Shown: positions 35,910-46,635 of the stretch, one piece after another | How the letters are laid out: each line of letters starts with the position of its first letter | Position numbering within the stretch: position 1 is the first letter of the stretch | From: a virus | Reading direction: 5' to 3' (one strand) | IMG/VR virus record: IMGVR_UViG_3300027836_000007 | Coordinates: 1 to 64,000 of that record | DNA length: 64,000 nucleotides | Translations under genes and position numbers: made by a program | Notes under the pieces: generated by a model | Database searches by the model: none | What the model was told of the DNA's origin: nothing | What the model saw: only the letters and a program-made list of their open reading frames with translations

Positions 35910-37505
35910 CTAATTACTTGAAATGAATATAGGTAACGGGGGTTCCCAGTCATCATTGAACCCGTCATCATCTACACTTATTGTATCAAAAACTGCTGGA
36001 TCCCACTCTGCCAGTATAACACTCATGCGTATAATAAGCAGTAAAGCCGCTACTAAGTCGTCGTGCTGTCCTTGTTTAGCTTTGAATGTTACACCCGAAG
36101 CAATATAAGATTTAAGTTCACTAATAAGTGTCTTGCTATAAATTTTCATCTTGTCTTCTTCGACAAGATACTTTAAACGACTACACGCTGAAATCTTGTT
36201 AGCAAACGTAGTGTTAAATCCTTTACGGAATTTCTTAACATGCCCTTTACGTGCGGGTTCTGAAACAAATAGGCCTGGAAATGTTTCTTCGCCTAGGTCA
36301 GCAATAACAACTAGAGCCGCTTCGCCAACTGTGTTGTTTTCCACACTCCAATAAATGTTATTGTTGTAGTCAGGGCCTACTTCGTCTTGAATGTATTTTA
36401 ATACATCTCTAAATATTTTAACTTGTCCTTGAACTGGTGTAAGGTTATGTTGCCATTCCGCTATTTGTGTAAAGCTAGGCAATTCAAATACTTGTATGCC
36501 AGCATAGTCGCCGCCGGTGCCTAAGCAAGGATCTAATGCTATTAAAAATAATGAACCCGGAACTGGCTTTTTAAACCAACGGACCTGTCCCATCTTAAGT
36601 ATTGGTTCGCGTCCTAACATTTCAGCTAATTTTAAACTGCTGACTAGTGTTTCGTCAAATACTAGGAATTCGCAACCGTACTCGCGACGGAAACGTTCTT
36701 CACCGATACGTCCAAGCTCAACTTCCTTCCACTTTTCATCTCTATCAGGATGCTCGTGCCACTCTGCTCGGAAGCCGTGAAATCCATTACGTCCTAACCC
36801 GTCTGTCTTCTCATTACCAAAACTATCAAATAAATCTTGACTTTCCTTCCAGATAGTAGCAAACGTATCTTCATCGCTGTTGGGCGTTGAAGTTAAAATT
36901 GCTCTACCACCAGTTGCTAGTGTTGGTGATATGGAAGTCCAAAACTCTTCCGCAATGTTTGGTTGAACGAAAGCAAACTCATCACAGTATAGTAAGGATA
37001 TTGACATACCGCGACCAGTGTTGCCAGTAGTAGTTGCTGATACAATTCTTGAACCATTATCAAACTCCATTGAACCTTTGTTGTAGTTTATAACGCCTGA
37101 GCGTATATAATCTGGGCACAGCTCATATCCGTAACGTATACGTTGCATGATTTCTTGTGCGCCTGTGTACTTGTGTGCGGCGACTAGAATAGTTTGATCT
37201 GGATGGAACATAGCGTACCATAGCAAGTAGCCCGCCGCGCAGGTTGTTTTGCCACTTTGCCGTGGCATCATATTAATGTTAAATCGGAAATCGTGGTAGC
37301 TATGTAACAGCCTGTCCTGGTAGTCGTAAGGTTCAAACTTTACCTTGCCGCGGACTGGATGTTGGATGTAAAAGAAATTCTTTACAAAATACATATACCC
37401 GTCGACGGGGTCAGAACACTTTAACAAATCGTTAATTTGCTCTTCTGTAAATGATTCCTGCTTGTGCGCCTTTTTAACAAGGACGCCTTCTAAACTTTTT
37501 GCCAT
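35910..37505 (-). CDS. gp17: Terminase large subunit
   Basis: PRQSGKT, LLYCDEFAF, STPN, nuclease DPCLGTGGD and HDD motifs. Confidence 0.93.
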   Translation of the reverse strand: MAKSLEGVLVKKAHKQESFTEEQINDLLKCSDPVDGYMYFVKNFFYIQHPVRGKVKFEPYDYQDRLLHSYHDFRFNINMMPRQSGKTTCAAGYLLWYAMFHPDQTILVAAHKYTGAQEIMQRIRYGYELCPDYIRSGVINYNKGSMEFDNGSRIVSATTTGNTGRGMSISLLYCDEFAFVQPNIAEEFWTSISPTLATGGRAILTSTPNSDEDTFATIWKESQDLFDSFGNEKTDGLGRNGFHGFRAEWHEHPDRDEKWKEVELGRIGEERFRREYGCEFLVFDETLVSSLKLAEMLGREPILKMGQVRWFKKPVPGSLFLIALDPCLGTGGDYAGIQVFELPSFTQIAEWQHNLTPVQGQVKIFRDVLKYIQDEVGPDYNNNIYWSVENNTVGEAALVVIADLGEETFPGLFVSEPARKGHVKKFRKGFNTTFANKISACSRLKYLVEEDKMKIYSKTLISELKSYIASGVTFKAKQGQHDDLVAALLLIIRMSVILAEWDPAVFDTISVDDDGFNDDWEPPLPIFISSN

Positions 37506-37519
37506 AACTTTATTTACAT

Positions 37520-37546
37520 AAAAAAAGCACCCCGGAGGGTGCTTTT
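37520..37546. terminator. Bidirectional terminator-like hairpin
   Basis: AAAAGCACCC-CGGA-GGGTGCTTTT. Confidence 0.75.
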
Positions 37547-37563
37547 GAGTAATGCTGCCGAAT

Positions 37564-37947
37564 TTAAATTAAATTAGAAACGCCTGCCTGGAATCTGCCA
37601 GAAGTGTTATTTGGAACGTTTAATTCCGCCGGTGCTGTTCGAGTATTTGGTAATGTATCGGTTGCTGGTTGTGGTCTTACTGGTTGTGGTTTAGATTTTA
37701 CTGCATAAACACCGCACCATTTAAATTTCCTTAAACCCTGTTTAACAGCCTGAGCGTATGCTTGGTTAAATGTTGCAGCTTCAATTGTTGGAATCTGATT
37801 TGGATCTGTCGCTGTTGCGGGTTGAGGAACGTTATTACTTGCAACATTCATTGCACTTTGAGCTGGGTCAGCGTTAGGATCTAGAACTTCAGCTTCTTGG
37901 ATTGCTTCTAATTTGTTTACTAATGCGCGGTATTGTTCGGCGTTCAT
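37564..37947 (-). CDS. Late hypothetical protein
   Basis: N-terminal YRALVNKLEAIQE, shared with the neighbouring gene. Confidence 0.65.
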   Translation of the reverse strand: MNAEQYRALVNKLEAIQEAEVLDPNADPAQSAMNVASNNVPQPATATDPNQIPTIEAATFNQAYAQAVKQGLRKFKWCGVYAVKSKPQPVRPQPATDTLPNTRTAPAELNVPNNTSGRFQAGVSNLI

Positions 37948-37949
37948 AA

Positions 37950-38492
37950 TTATCGTCCCTTAACTTCTTGGTATAACGTGCTTAAATGTGATACTAAATT
38001 TTCCATTTGAGCATGTGGTAAGCCTGCTTGACGTGGTCTATGGTCACCCATATTACCGTGTAAGTCTGGACCTTTCTTAAGCATAGCTGAGATCGGTTGT
38101 GTTGTTGTTTCCGGTTCTGTTGTAGTAGAACCAAATCCGCCATCACTTTGTTCTTCGCCTACTCCAACAACAATTTCATCATCGTTATGTGCATGTTGAG
38201 CTGGCTCTTCGCCACCGTTTTCAATATTCTTGAGTATGCCCATTAAATCACGGATGCCGCCTGCGCCGGTACCATTCATACTTATGTTCATGGTGACGTT
38301 GTCTGCTTGTTTTGGAGTGCCCATCATACCGCCCGGCATATTAGACATGCCAGGTAATCCGCATTCTTCTACATTTTCCTCACCAACTAACAATTGATCT
38401 TTGCTGACTAACTCTACGTCGTCTTTGGAAGTTTCGTCTACTCTATTTTGAATAGCTTCTAATTTTGCTACTAAGTCTCTATATTGGTTCAT
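37950..38492 (-). CDS. Late hypothetical protein
   Basis: N-terminal YRDLVAKLEAIQ. Confidence 0.65.
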   Translation of the reverse strand: MNQYRDLVAKLEAIQNRVDETSKDDVELVSKDQLLVGEENVEECGLPGMSNMPGGMMGTPKQADNVTMNISMNGTGAGGIRDLMGILKNIENGGEEPAQHAHNDDEIVVGVGEEQSDGGFGSTTTEPETTTQPISAMLKKGPDLHGNMGDHRPRQAGLPHAQMENLVSHLSTLYQEVKGR

Positions 38493-39115
38493 TGTTTTTC
38501 TCCTACAGTTTTAGCTGTTGGTACTTTTACTGTACGACTTCCAACAGGACTCTTTGTATTAATTGTTGTATTTGCTTTGGCTGATTTTTCACTTGGGGAT
38601 TTCTTTGCTAGGATAGCATCGTTAACTCCAGTATACTGTTCAGTTGTCTTTTTACGCTTACCTAATTCTTTTAGCAAACTCATAGTGTGCTTGTCACCAA
38701 CTAAATCTTGTGCTTCAGAACTAACTTCGTGATCTTTATTTAAAAGAGATTCGCCTGATTTTCCATCATTAGCATGATTAAGATCAAACTCTGCTTCTTC
38801 TCTCATATTACGAACTTTAACGTTAGTAACTGGTACTCCTAATGCTCCGCCTAGCGCACTACGTACTTGATCTGTTGTACTTGGATATGCTAGACACACG
38901 TCAAATACAGTAATACCAATGTTGCGTTGTGTTGGAAAATCTACATAAGTTTCGGCGATTGGCATACTTTTGCCCGCTGAGCATGATTCTACTTTGTACA
39001 TAGACAAAGCTTCTTTAATTTTTTTAGCGCAGTCTTTTGGACAGTCGCCGGCAATTTTAACCTTAAAATCGTAGGTTTGTTTGCTCTCTGTTAAGTACTC
39101 TTTAAATGATTTCAT
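38489..39115 (-). CDS. Late hypothetical protein (MKSFKEYLTE N-terminus)
   Basis: N-terminus resembles the capsid-targeting sequence of T4 internal proteins. Confidence 0.65.
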   Translation of the reverse strand: MKSFKEYLTESKQTYDFKVKIAGDCPKDCAKKIKEALSMYKVESCSAGKSMPIAETYVDFPTQRNIGITVFDVCLAYPSTTDQVRSALGGALGVPVTNVKVRNMREEAEFDLNHANDGKSGESLLNKDHEVSSEAQDLVGDKHTMSLLKELGKRKKTTEQYTGVNDAILAKKSPSEKSAKANTTINTKSPVGSRTVKVPTAKTVGEKQ

Positions 39116-39137
39116 TGTGTAATCCCGTTAACTATAT

Positions 39138-39629
39138 TTATTTCATATTGCGTAGTTTTTCAATTAAACTATTGCGATCTGTAATGATTACACCGTCGCC
39201 GTTTAAGTTAATGCCTTTATCGTCACCGATTTGCGCATCTTGATCCATCTTTTGTTTCTTAAGCTGTAGCTCAATCATCTTCAATTTTTTGTCAACTTTA
39301 GCTGATTTTGCATCAATTGCGTTCTTGAGCATAGTACCAGCAACTTCAAAAATACGTGCTGAATAACGTGCTTCTACATTCATGCCTAAGTCAATTAAGT
39401 CATCATAAGCATCTGTAGCACGTTGCGCGAGAGAATCAAACTCTGCGTCCGTAGCATCGCCTAAGCCTTTAACTGCTGGCAATGCGGCTGAGATTTTATC
39501 AAATTCGTCCATACTACGTAAGAATGGTTCAGGTTTAGAAATCTCAGCCTTAGCTTGTTTCTTTTCTTCCTCTTTGATAATTTTTTTACTCTCGGGAAGA
39601 TTTAGGAGTTCTTCAAGTTTTTTAGTCAT
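39138..39629 (-). CDS. Putative terminase small subunit
   Basis: Helical/coiled-coil 163 aa; ARIFEVA and ITDRNSL segments; near TerL. Confidence 0.45.
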   Translation of the reverse strand: MTKKLEELLNLPESKKIIKEEEKKQAKAEISKPEPFLRSMDEFDKISAALPAVKGLGDATDAEFDSLAQRATDAYDDLIDLGMNVEARYSARIFEVAGTMLKNAIDAKSAKVDKKLKMIELQLKKQKMDQDAQIGDDKGINLNGDGVIITDRNSLIEKLRNMK

Positions 39630-39636
39630 ACTTTAC

Positions 39637-40074
39637 TTATCCTCCACCATTATGGAATAAATCATTTTCGTTAACAACACGAAACTTAATGCCTTGCTGT
39701 TTACACCATAAATTAGCACTGGCCCACTTGGCTTGATTCTTAACAAACTGTGCTTGATTATATTTGTTTTTGCCCACACGTTCTAGTATTGATTGACTTG
39801 CTGGTTTTATTTCTATTAGTTCAACATGCATTTTTCCTAGCTTATCTACATATTGTATAAAGAAATCCGGCACATAGACTGTTTGTCTACCAGTTAGCGG
39901 GTCGCGATAAGGAATTTGTACAGCCTCACTTGCCCATTTTTGAACGCTGATATTTGTATCGCAAAATTTCATAAAACTAAATTCCCAGCTTGAGCGGTAT
40001 GTAGGAACTTTTGTTCCTATATACTTTTCTGGTTGAGTCATTTGAAATTTTCCACGAGCAAATTTGCTAGCCAT
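39637..40074 (-). CDS. gp4: Head completion nuclease (T4 gp4-like)
   Basis: YRSSWE, KWASE, YVPDF, EIKP, NQAKW. Confidence 0.85.
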   Translation of the reverse strand: MASKFARGKFQMTQPEKYIGTKVPTYRSSWEFSFMKFCDTNISVQKWASEAVQIPYRDPLTGRQTVYVPDFFIQYVDKLGKMHVELIEIKPASQSILERVGKNKYNQAQFVKNQAKWASANLWCKQQGIKFRVVNENDLFHNGGG

Positions 40075-40077
40075 ATA

Positions 40078-40446
40078 TTATACTAAAATATTTCTACTTT
40101 CGTATGTATCCGTAGTTTGTGCGATGCGATAACCTAATAAACTAGTTTTTTCTCTGTAGCTATTTAAAATCTGTGCTACTACTTGACTTAGTTGAACTTG
40201 TGTTAAGGCGGTAAGACTGTCAAGCAATTCAAATACATTAACACCATCGATTCTAGCTTGGTTTAATAATACAATGCCTGTACTTCTTGCGCTTTGTTTG
40301 TCAAAGCCGTGTTTTGTAAAAAAACCGATAACCGCATCAATTTGATTGCTGGGAAAACTAACCTTAGTAGTATAATATTTGTCAAAGAATTCTTTGACTT
40401 CGACGGTGGACCCTACTACTGTTGATAATGGTAAATTAGAAGACAT
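40078..40446 (-). CDS. Hypothetical protein
   Basis: 122-aa ORF in the tail operon. Confidence 0.65.
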   Translation of the reverse strand: MSSNLPLSTVVGSTVEVKEFFDKYYTTKVSFPSNQIDAVIGFFTKHGFDKQSARSTGIVLLNQARIDGVNVFELLDSLTALTQVQLSQVVAQILNSYREKTSLLGYRIAQTTDTYESRNILV

Positions 40447-40450
40447 ATTG

Positions 40451-41461
40451 TTATCTCGCTGTGTTTGTAAATGTAACTTGCTTTGCTGGTGTTACAGTTG
40501 ATATTGTTTGAGTTTCTGGAAACTGAAAGCCTTGTAAACCGTTAAGTGGTGCTGGACTTGGGCTACCGGTTACTTTAGATAAAATATTTGAACTTGTATT
40601 AACATCTTCTTTCTGACGAGTATTTAAGTATGTGTTAGTTTGTTCTACTAATGTATTCAACGTCAATGCGTTGCCTGACGGTGCTGTTTGTTCAGCAAAT
40701 GACGGACTAACTGGCGCAGCGTCAACATTACCAATTATTGAACTAGGTGTTTGATCATAATGCTCTAAACCAAACCCTTCCGGATCGCCGGCAGTTACTA
40801 AACCGCTACCATAGTTTACTGCTTCGTATTGAATAGAAATAGTATTATCGTGTGTAGTGTTTTGGCTGTAACTAACTTTATTGTGATTCCATGAAGAAAT
40901 AATTGGATTAATTAATGTATAGCTGACAAATTCGTGCCGGGCCATTTGGTATATTGTAATATAATTAAAGAAGGGCGTTGTACTACCGTTGTCTAAACCG
41001 TAAGGGTTATTGACGTAGTTGGAGTTTTTCATCGCAGTTCTTTTATAGGCGCCTGGATTACCGCTACTGGATGGATCAGCATAATAGTAGCTATAATAAT
41101 TTTGCCATAGTTGATTGACCAAACCCATGTTATCATCATGGAACGTCATGTTAATAGCGTTATATTTGTGCGTAGTTTGTACGTTTTTCTTTCTATTGTA
41201 TTGATTTAATGTTTCAACAGCAACCGTATAGTTAGGTAAATCTGTATCTTTAACCATTACATTGATTTCGTTTCTATGACGTTGAACTAGACTAATATCT
41301 CGTAACGCCGCAGGATTAATATTAAATGCCACGTGAAATAAGAACTTGTGCTTGGGCGCAAGTCTAAATTGGTCGTCTGTAAACACACGAGCCGCGTGTT
41401 GTTGGTCACGAAGTGTAACGTTGCTAGGACGATATAAAAACGAATTGGGTGTAAAGGCCAT
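40451..41461 (-). CDS. Tail-tube-like / baseplate junction protein
   Basis: LPNY...NQYNRK...INMTFHDD...YTLINPII tube-fold pattern. Confidence 0.55.
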   Translation of the reverse strand: MAFTPNSFLYRPSNVTLRDQQHAARVFTDDQFRLAPKHKFLFHVAFNINPAALRDISLVQRHRNEINVMVKDTDLPNYTVAVETLNQYNRKKNVQTTHKYNAINMTFHDDNMGLVNQLWQNYYSYYYADPSSSGNPGAYKRTAMKNSNYVNNPYGLDNGSTTPFFNYITIYQMARHEFVSYTLINPIISSWNHNKVSYSQNTTHDNTISIQYEAVNYGSGLVTAGDPEGFGLEHYDQTPSSIIGNVDAAPVSPSFAEQTAPSGNALTLNTLVEQTNTYLNTRQKEDVNTSSNILSKVTGSPSPAPLNGLQGFQFPETQTISTVTPAKQVTFTNTAR

Positions 41462-41508
41462 ACTAATATTTATTCAATATATTAACTGCGTACTTAATGA
41501 GTAGCCAT

Positions 41509-41530
41509 AAAAAAGCCCACCTGAGTGGGC
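41509..41530 (-). terminator. Rho-independent terminator after the tail tube gene
   Basis: GCCCAC-TCAG-GTGGGC-TTTTTT on the minus strand. Confidence 0.75.
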
Positions 41531-41537
41531 AATTTTA

Positions 41538-42161
41538 TTAACGTGAACCTGACGCTGTTGCCGCTGTACCTAAACGACGTTGTGTCGGAGCTGCCGATCC
41601 ACCGCTTGTTTGGATACAATTATCTGGTTGAATTGTTAAGTCAATTGTTAAAACATCTTGAGCACCGTAACCTAATGCGTTATACTGTGCTTGACGAATA
41701 TAGCAACCATAACATTCCCATGTTTCAAGAACGTTAGGAGTTTGTGCTCCGTTACCACCGTCTAACATTTCAACACGCATTAAGAACTTGTAGTCGCCGC
41801 CTGAAGCTGCACTTGCTTGTTCAAAGAAGTCGTATTGTTTTTGCATTTGTTCGCCAACTAGCTTGGACACTGAACCGGTTACATCATCACGTAACTTTAC
41901 AGTCATCTCAGCCCATGTTGGACGGCCAGCGTAGTTGATAGTTGAATTGTAAACCATAATTTTCTGGTTATCAAAGCTAACACTTGGTCGGGCCGCGTCT
42001 TGAACTTGTTTTGTTAATTCTGTTGTTGGTGTCGATACGCCAAAGTTTTCAAACATCACTCTAAAGCGATATTTTAACTTTGGCATTAACATACCTTGTG
42101 CACTAGCTGATTGATCCGATGCTAGCGGTACGGTAAATTTTGATAAACTTGCGATTGCCAT
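41538..42161 (-). CDS. gp19: Tail tube protein
   Basis: PKLKYRFRV, YAGRPTW, ETWECYGC; directly after the sheath gene. Confidence 0.8.
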   Translation of the reverse strand: MAIASLSKFTVPLASDQSASAQGMLMPKLKYRFRVMFENFGVSTPTTELTKQVQDAARPSVSFDNQKIMVYNSTINYAGRPTWAEMTVKLRDDVTGSVSKLVGEQMQKQYDFFEQASAASGGDYKFLMRVEMLDGGNGAQTPNVLETWECYGCYIRQAQYNALGYGAQDVLTIDLTIQPDNCIQTSGGSAAPTQRRLGTAATASGSR

Positions 42162-42174
42162 GTTATATGCTCCG

Positions 42175-45100
42175 TTATTGTGTTAGGCCAGCAATTTCGC
42201 CAGTATTTTTCAAGCGTAATGGAATGTAAATAAACTCCACTGCTTTTACTGGTTCAATAGCAACGTCTAAATATAGTTCGTTACGATCAATACGTGCTGG
42301 TGTGTTGTTGCTTGTGTCGCAAACTACAATGTAGTCATATAGAGCACGTTGTCCTACTAATTCTAGTAATAGACTTTCTGCCGCACCTTTTAGTTCGTCT
42401 CGTGTAATCTTATCGTTTGGTTCAAACACATATGGCTTGGCCAATAGTGAGAACTGACGACGTAGATAAATTACCAAGCGAGCTACGTTAATACGATCTA
42501 AGCTACTTGCGTTTCTAGCACGAGTATACTGTCCGTAGTTAACAAGCCCTGTGCCTGTAATAAATGTTAATGGGTTAATTTTGCTATCAGCAAGTGTATC
42601 ACGTTGTCCAGTGTTCAATGCTACTGACTGGAATTCACCTTCTGCTGTAATATAACCAACTGCTGTTGCGTTAGTAATACCACCGCGGCGTGTTCCTGCT
42701 GGAGCAAACCATGGATAAGAAACTTGGTCACTTAAAGCAATAGTACGTAACATCATGTGACTTGGAGGAACAACAATGTTGTTACCAAAGTTGTCACTAG
42801 TGTAGCCCCATGGATAGAAAATACCTAAGTATTCGTCTGAGCTTACTAAGCCAGTATCATTATCTTCTACTGCGCCAGCTGTGTTCTTGCCCCAGTTGTT
42901 CAAGCTAGTAGCATCACTAGTTAAACGTGCTGGTGTATCGCCAACTACGAATGCTGTTAAGCCTCTATCGTAGTTTAGACTTACTAACTCACCAATTAAT
43001 TCAGGATATCCTGGGCAAGCAATCAAGTTAAACACACGAGATTCTTCGTCACGAATTTCTTGATTGGCATTAACAAGTGCTTGTAGAGCTTGTACAACAA
43101 CTTTACGTTGTGCTTTACGTCCAAATGTTCCAACGCCATTTTCTTGGTTGCCAGACTCTGTAACCCAACGATGTGGATAGTAGTCAGTCATCAATTCGCC
43201 GTTGTTAAAACGAGCGTTTTCGCCGTTAACATCAACGTAATCACGTACAAATTTCTTAACGTTAAATCCGCTTCTACGCAAGTTCCATAACAACATACCT
43301 GTTGGATATAGTGCTGGATCTGGAGCGTCAAAGTCTAAGAAATTACTGTCTAGTAGTTCAACAATAGTGCTAGATGTTTGAGCAGTAGCAGTACCACCGT
43401 TTATTGCCCAACGAGCATCAGCAAATAAAATGCCGTCTTCTGTTGTTTGGTCAGTAGTGTCTACAGAAACCCATTTTTGTAAACTTACATTAAATTTGTA
43501 AATTGATGGATAGTTTTCAATGTCACTTGTGTCAATCCACAAGTCGCCTTGACGTAATGTTCCGCCATCTGGATTTAGTTTTGGCTTAGTAGCCGCTACC
43601 ATCGGGCCACCTGCCCAAGGCTCTTGACCACTGTTCCATGTATAATTTTGATAGCCAACCCATGTTGTACCGTTGTTAATCATGACATCAACTTCGTCGA
43701 CTAAACTGCTGTACCATAACTGGCCGTCAGCGGCTTCTGTTACCGGAGCAATTGCTGAAGTTGTAATATCTGCGTATGGGCTCCATAAACTAGCAACGTA
43801 CTCGCCTGCTGTTGCGCCTGCGTAAAAGTTTACAGTTGTTGAGCTGTTATTAACATTAAACACGGTAAACAAATCAGTAATAGCAGTACCAGTTGTATCG
43901 TCAAATAATATTTCGCCGCCGTCATTGTGAGTAATTACCACTGCGCCGGTTGTAGTCTTAGATACTGTAATTCTAGAAGTAATCGGCAAGCCGTCCCATG
44001 TAGCATCAGCTAGTTTTGCTGTTAGTGCGGCAATAAAGCCGTCAACTCCAGTTGAACCTGTAAATGATACGCTTAGTGCGTCGGACAATGTATCTTTGCC
44101 TTTTACAGTTTCTTGAATTGTGAATACATTACTTGTAGATGTTGTGAACGATGTAATTACATCAGATGTAATTGTTGTCGAGCCGGCAGATCTACGAGCG
44201 TAAACTTTGAATGTTGCTTCAGAAGCAGTTAATTCTTCGATATTTGACTTGATGTACAATGCGCCCTGTGCTAAATTGATACCGCCGCCTGATGAATCTA
44301 AACCTTTTAAAGCGTAAGCCGAATCTTGATAAATTGGGGCTGTTTTTTCAATCCACGCACCAGTTGCTTCGCTGTATACTTTAACTCTCCAACGCGAACC
44401 TAAGTTAGGCTCAGTTGTTTTAATCCATAAAGAACCAGTCGGATTGCCGTCATTATAAGTGCTTGGACTAATTAGACGTTTAAAGTTTGGTACTACAGTA
44501 TGAGTACTGATTTGTAATGATGGAGCTCTGTATGTGCCAGACGCCATGCCTACTTTAACTAACGCAGAACCTGACAGTACAATACTTACACCAGTTGAAT
44601 ATAATTCTAAACGGTTGTTAATAATTGCAGCAGTAACACCTGGGATTGCTGATGTTGCGTCGCCTTCGCCAGCGTCGCCTAGTTCAGCACCAGTCATGAT
44701 GTCTGTAACTAATGAGCTTAATGTAGTGTGTCCAGTATAAATGTATTCGTCAGTACCATTAATAGTGATAACAAACGCATCGCCTGATGCTAGTGTTGGG
44801 CTTGAAATTGAACCTTGTACCACTGGCCAGCTGGCACGCCATGCTGTTGAACCTACCGCTACCCATGTACCTGCTGGTGTTGCTGTTTTAGCTTTCTTAA
44901 ACCAAAGAGCATAATTGCCTTCGTCTAAAGTAATAGCATAATCGCCTACTGCGCCGATGCTTGCTTTAGGAGATGCTCCGTTGCCGCCGTTGCCAGCTTC
45001 TAATTTACTAGCTTCAGTAATGATTGTTGGGACTTGATTAACAAATGTTTGACCAGTGGTTACAGTTGCTTCTGCGCTGTTCCATTGGAAAATACCAAAT

Positions 45101-45531
45101 TTACTATTAGCAGTATCTAACCAATATTGGCCATCTACTGGTGAGCCAGCTGGTGCTTCGGACTGGGCATCTAATTGATCCAAGTCTAAATTAGCACGAA
45201 TAACATAAGCACGATTGCTTACGCCCAAATAGCTGTATGCTGTTTGTAGTCCGTATTCGTTCTGTTCGCCAGCATGAATAGGATTGTTGTTTGCGTCTGT
45301 TTTAAACGTAGGTGTACCAAACGTATCTGCCAAGTCTTTCTGACTTGTTAGCAAATATGTCTTGCCAGCATTGGCCGCTAGTGTGCCAGTTGCTGTTCCT
45401 GTGTTTGAGCCATTGGCTTTATTTTCAGCCGATGCTACGATGATTAAAGGGGTTGTGCCCGGTGCCGCTGGTGTGTAAAAACTTTCGTCTATTACGGTAA
45501 CTGCTACGCCCGGTGAACTTAATTGAGCCAT
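42175..45531 (-). CDS. gp18: Tail sheath protein
   Basis: SPGV N-terminus; PWFAPAG, RINVARL, FEPND, PVKAVEFI. Confidence 0.93.
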   Translation of the reverse strand: MAQLSSPGVAVTVIDESFYTPAAPGTTPLIIVASAENKANGSNTGTATGTLAANAGKTYLLTSQKDLADTFGTPTFKTDANNNPIHAGEQNEYGLQTAYSYLGVSNRAYVIRANLDLDQLDAQSEAPAGSPVDGQYWLDTANSKFGIFQWNSAEATVTTGQTFVNQVPTIITEASKLEAGNGGNGASPKASIGAVGDYAITLDEGNYALWFKKAKTATPAGTWVAVGSTAWRASWPVVQGSISSPTLASGDAFVITINGTDEYIYTGHTTLSSLVTDIMTGAELGDAGEGDATSAIPGVTAAIINNRLELYSTGVSIVLSGSALVKVGMASGTYRAPSLQISTHTVVPNFKRLISPSTYNDGNPTGSLWIKTTEPNLGSRWRVKVYSEATGAWIEKTAPIYQDSAYALKGLDSSGGGINLAQGALYIKSNIEELTASEATFKVYARRSAGSTTITSDVITSFTTSTSNVFTIQETVKGKDTLSDALSVSFTGSTGVDGFIAALTAKLADATWDGLPITSRITVSKTTTGAVVITHNDGGEILFDDTTGTAITDLFTVFNVNNSSTTVNFYAGATAGEYVASLWSPYADITTSAIAPVTEAADGQLWYSSLVDEVDVMINNGTTWVGYQNYTWNSGQEPWAGGPMVAATKPKLNPDGGTLRQGDLWIDTSDIENYPSIYKFNVSLQKWVSVDTTDQTTEDGILFADARWAINGGTATAQTSSTIVELLDSNFLDFDAPDPALYPTGMLLWNLRRSGFNVKKFVRDYVDVNGENARFNNGELMTDYYPHRWVTESGNQENGVGTFGRKAQRKVVVQALQALVNANQEIRDEESRVFNLIACPGYPELIGELVSLNYDRGLTAFVVGDTPARLTSDATSLNNWGKNTAGAVEDNDTGLVSSDEYLGIFYPWGYTSDNFGNNIVVPPSHMMLRTIALSDQVSYPWFAPAGTRRGGITNATAVGYITAEGEFQSVALNTGQRDTLADSKINPLTFITGTGLVNYGQYTRARNASSLDRINVARLVIYLRRQFSLLAKPYVFEPNDKITRDELKGAAESLLLELVGQRALYDYIVVCDTSNNTPARIDRNELYLDVAIEPVKAVEFIYIPLRLKNTGEIAGLTQ

Positions 45532-45636
45532 TTGTTGATCTCCAATGAATACGATTCCTACTTGTATTTAGTGGATTTTGGCAATTCGGCCTACATATAC
45601 CGCCGTAAAAAGGTTTCAAAAAGGCTTAAATAAAAT

Positions 45637-45963
45637 ATGAGACCATTATGTAGTTGTGGACGTAGTCCTGTAGCAATTAATTATTATAAAGAAGGCCAAC
45701 CTTTTTATAGAAAGTATTGTGGACCTTGTTTACGCGGTGTAAAAGCACCACGTTGGTCTACTGCTGGCTACAAAATAAAAAACACTTGTGATAAGTGCGG
45801 TTTTAAAAGCCCTTATTCAGAAGTGTTTAATGTGTTTCATGTGGACGGCGATTTAAACAACTGCCGCCACACTAATCTCAAGACTGTATGTTCAAACTGT
45901 CAGCGACTGCTTCATCGTGAAGGCGTGAAGTGGCGTCAAGGTGATCTTGTACCAGACCTTTAA
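45637..45963 (+). CDS. HNH-like zinc-binding protein
   Basis: CDKCG...HVDGDLNN...NLKTVCSNC. Confidence 0.7.
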   Translation: MRPLCSCGRSPVAINYYKEGQPFYRKYCGPCLRGVKAPRWSTAGYKIKNTCDKCGFKSPYSEVFNVFHVDGDLNNCRHTNLKTVCSNCQRLLHREGVKWRQGDLVPDL

Positions 45964-46576
45964 CTTGAGCAAACAAGTCATCGATTGATCCATTGTTATC
46001 TAGTATAGCATCAAACTTGGTTCCAACCCATGCTGTTTCGCTAGCATGTATACCAGCTTTTTCAAGTTTGCTACGGCTAGTAGACCATGAAAAATTACCA
46101 ACTTCGCCACGATTAGCATTGATAGCATCTTCGTACCATTCGGGTTCTTCGCCACGGACAACACGTACAACAATGCCGCCTGCTGATTTAATTGATTTAA
46201 TTTCGTTGGGGAAACGACAGTCTGAAATGACTACATCGTCCTTGCTGTTACGCAGTTTGTTTTCCAATGACGCAATCCAAATATCATCGTGAAATCCTCT
46301 ACGGCAAACTTCTGTGCCCCAATATTGTAGTACCCAGCGAGGAGTCAAATTAGGCATGTTCAAGCGTTCTGCCCACCATGGATCTACTTGTTCACGCCAT
46401 TCACGGGCGGATTTTGTGCGCCCTTCTAGCATTGTTCTGTCCCAACCAAATACATTGGCTACCGCATCTTTAAGAGTGTTGGCAAAACTTTCTCGTCGAA
46501 ATTCGTGAAAGTTAGTTAAGTAATCTGCTATTGTATCTTTACCAGAACCAATAAAACCGCATACGCCAATAATCAT
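45878..46576 (-). CDS. Deoxynucleoside monophosphate kinase (T4 gp1-like)
   Basis: GFIGSGKDT, PRWVLQYWGTE, SDCRFPNE, HASE. Confidence 0.88.
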   Translation of the reverse strand: MIIGVCGFIGSGKDTIADYLTNFHEFRRESFANTLKDAVANVFGWDRTMLEGRTKSAREWREQVDPWWAERLNMPNLTPRWVLQYWGTEVCRRGFHDDIWIASLENKLRNSKDDVVISDCRFPNEIKSIKSAGGIVVRVVRGEEPEWYEDAINANRGEVGNFSWSTSRSKLEKAGIHASETAWVGTKFDAILDNNGSIDDLFAQVKGLVQDHLDATSRLHDEAVADSLNIQS

Positions 46577-46635
46577 AGTAGTCTCCTAATGAACTACTAG
46601 TATATAACAGTTTTATTACAAGGTCAAACTATTTG

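Noticed and set aside
14450-46508. Numerous + strand ORFs antisense to tail fibre, helicase, terminase, gp32, sheath and kinase genes
   Set aside because: Shadow frames caused by codon bias in the true genes; no expression signals.
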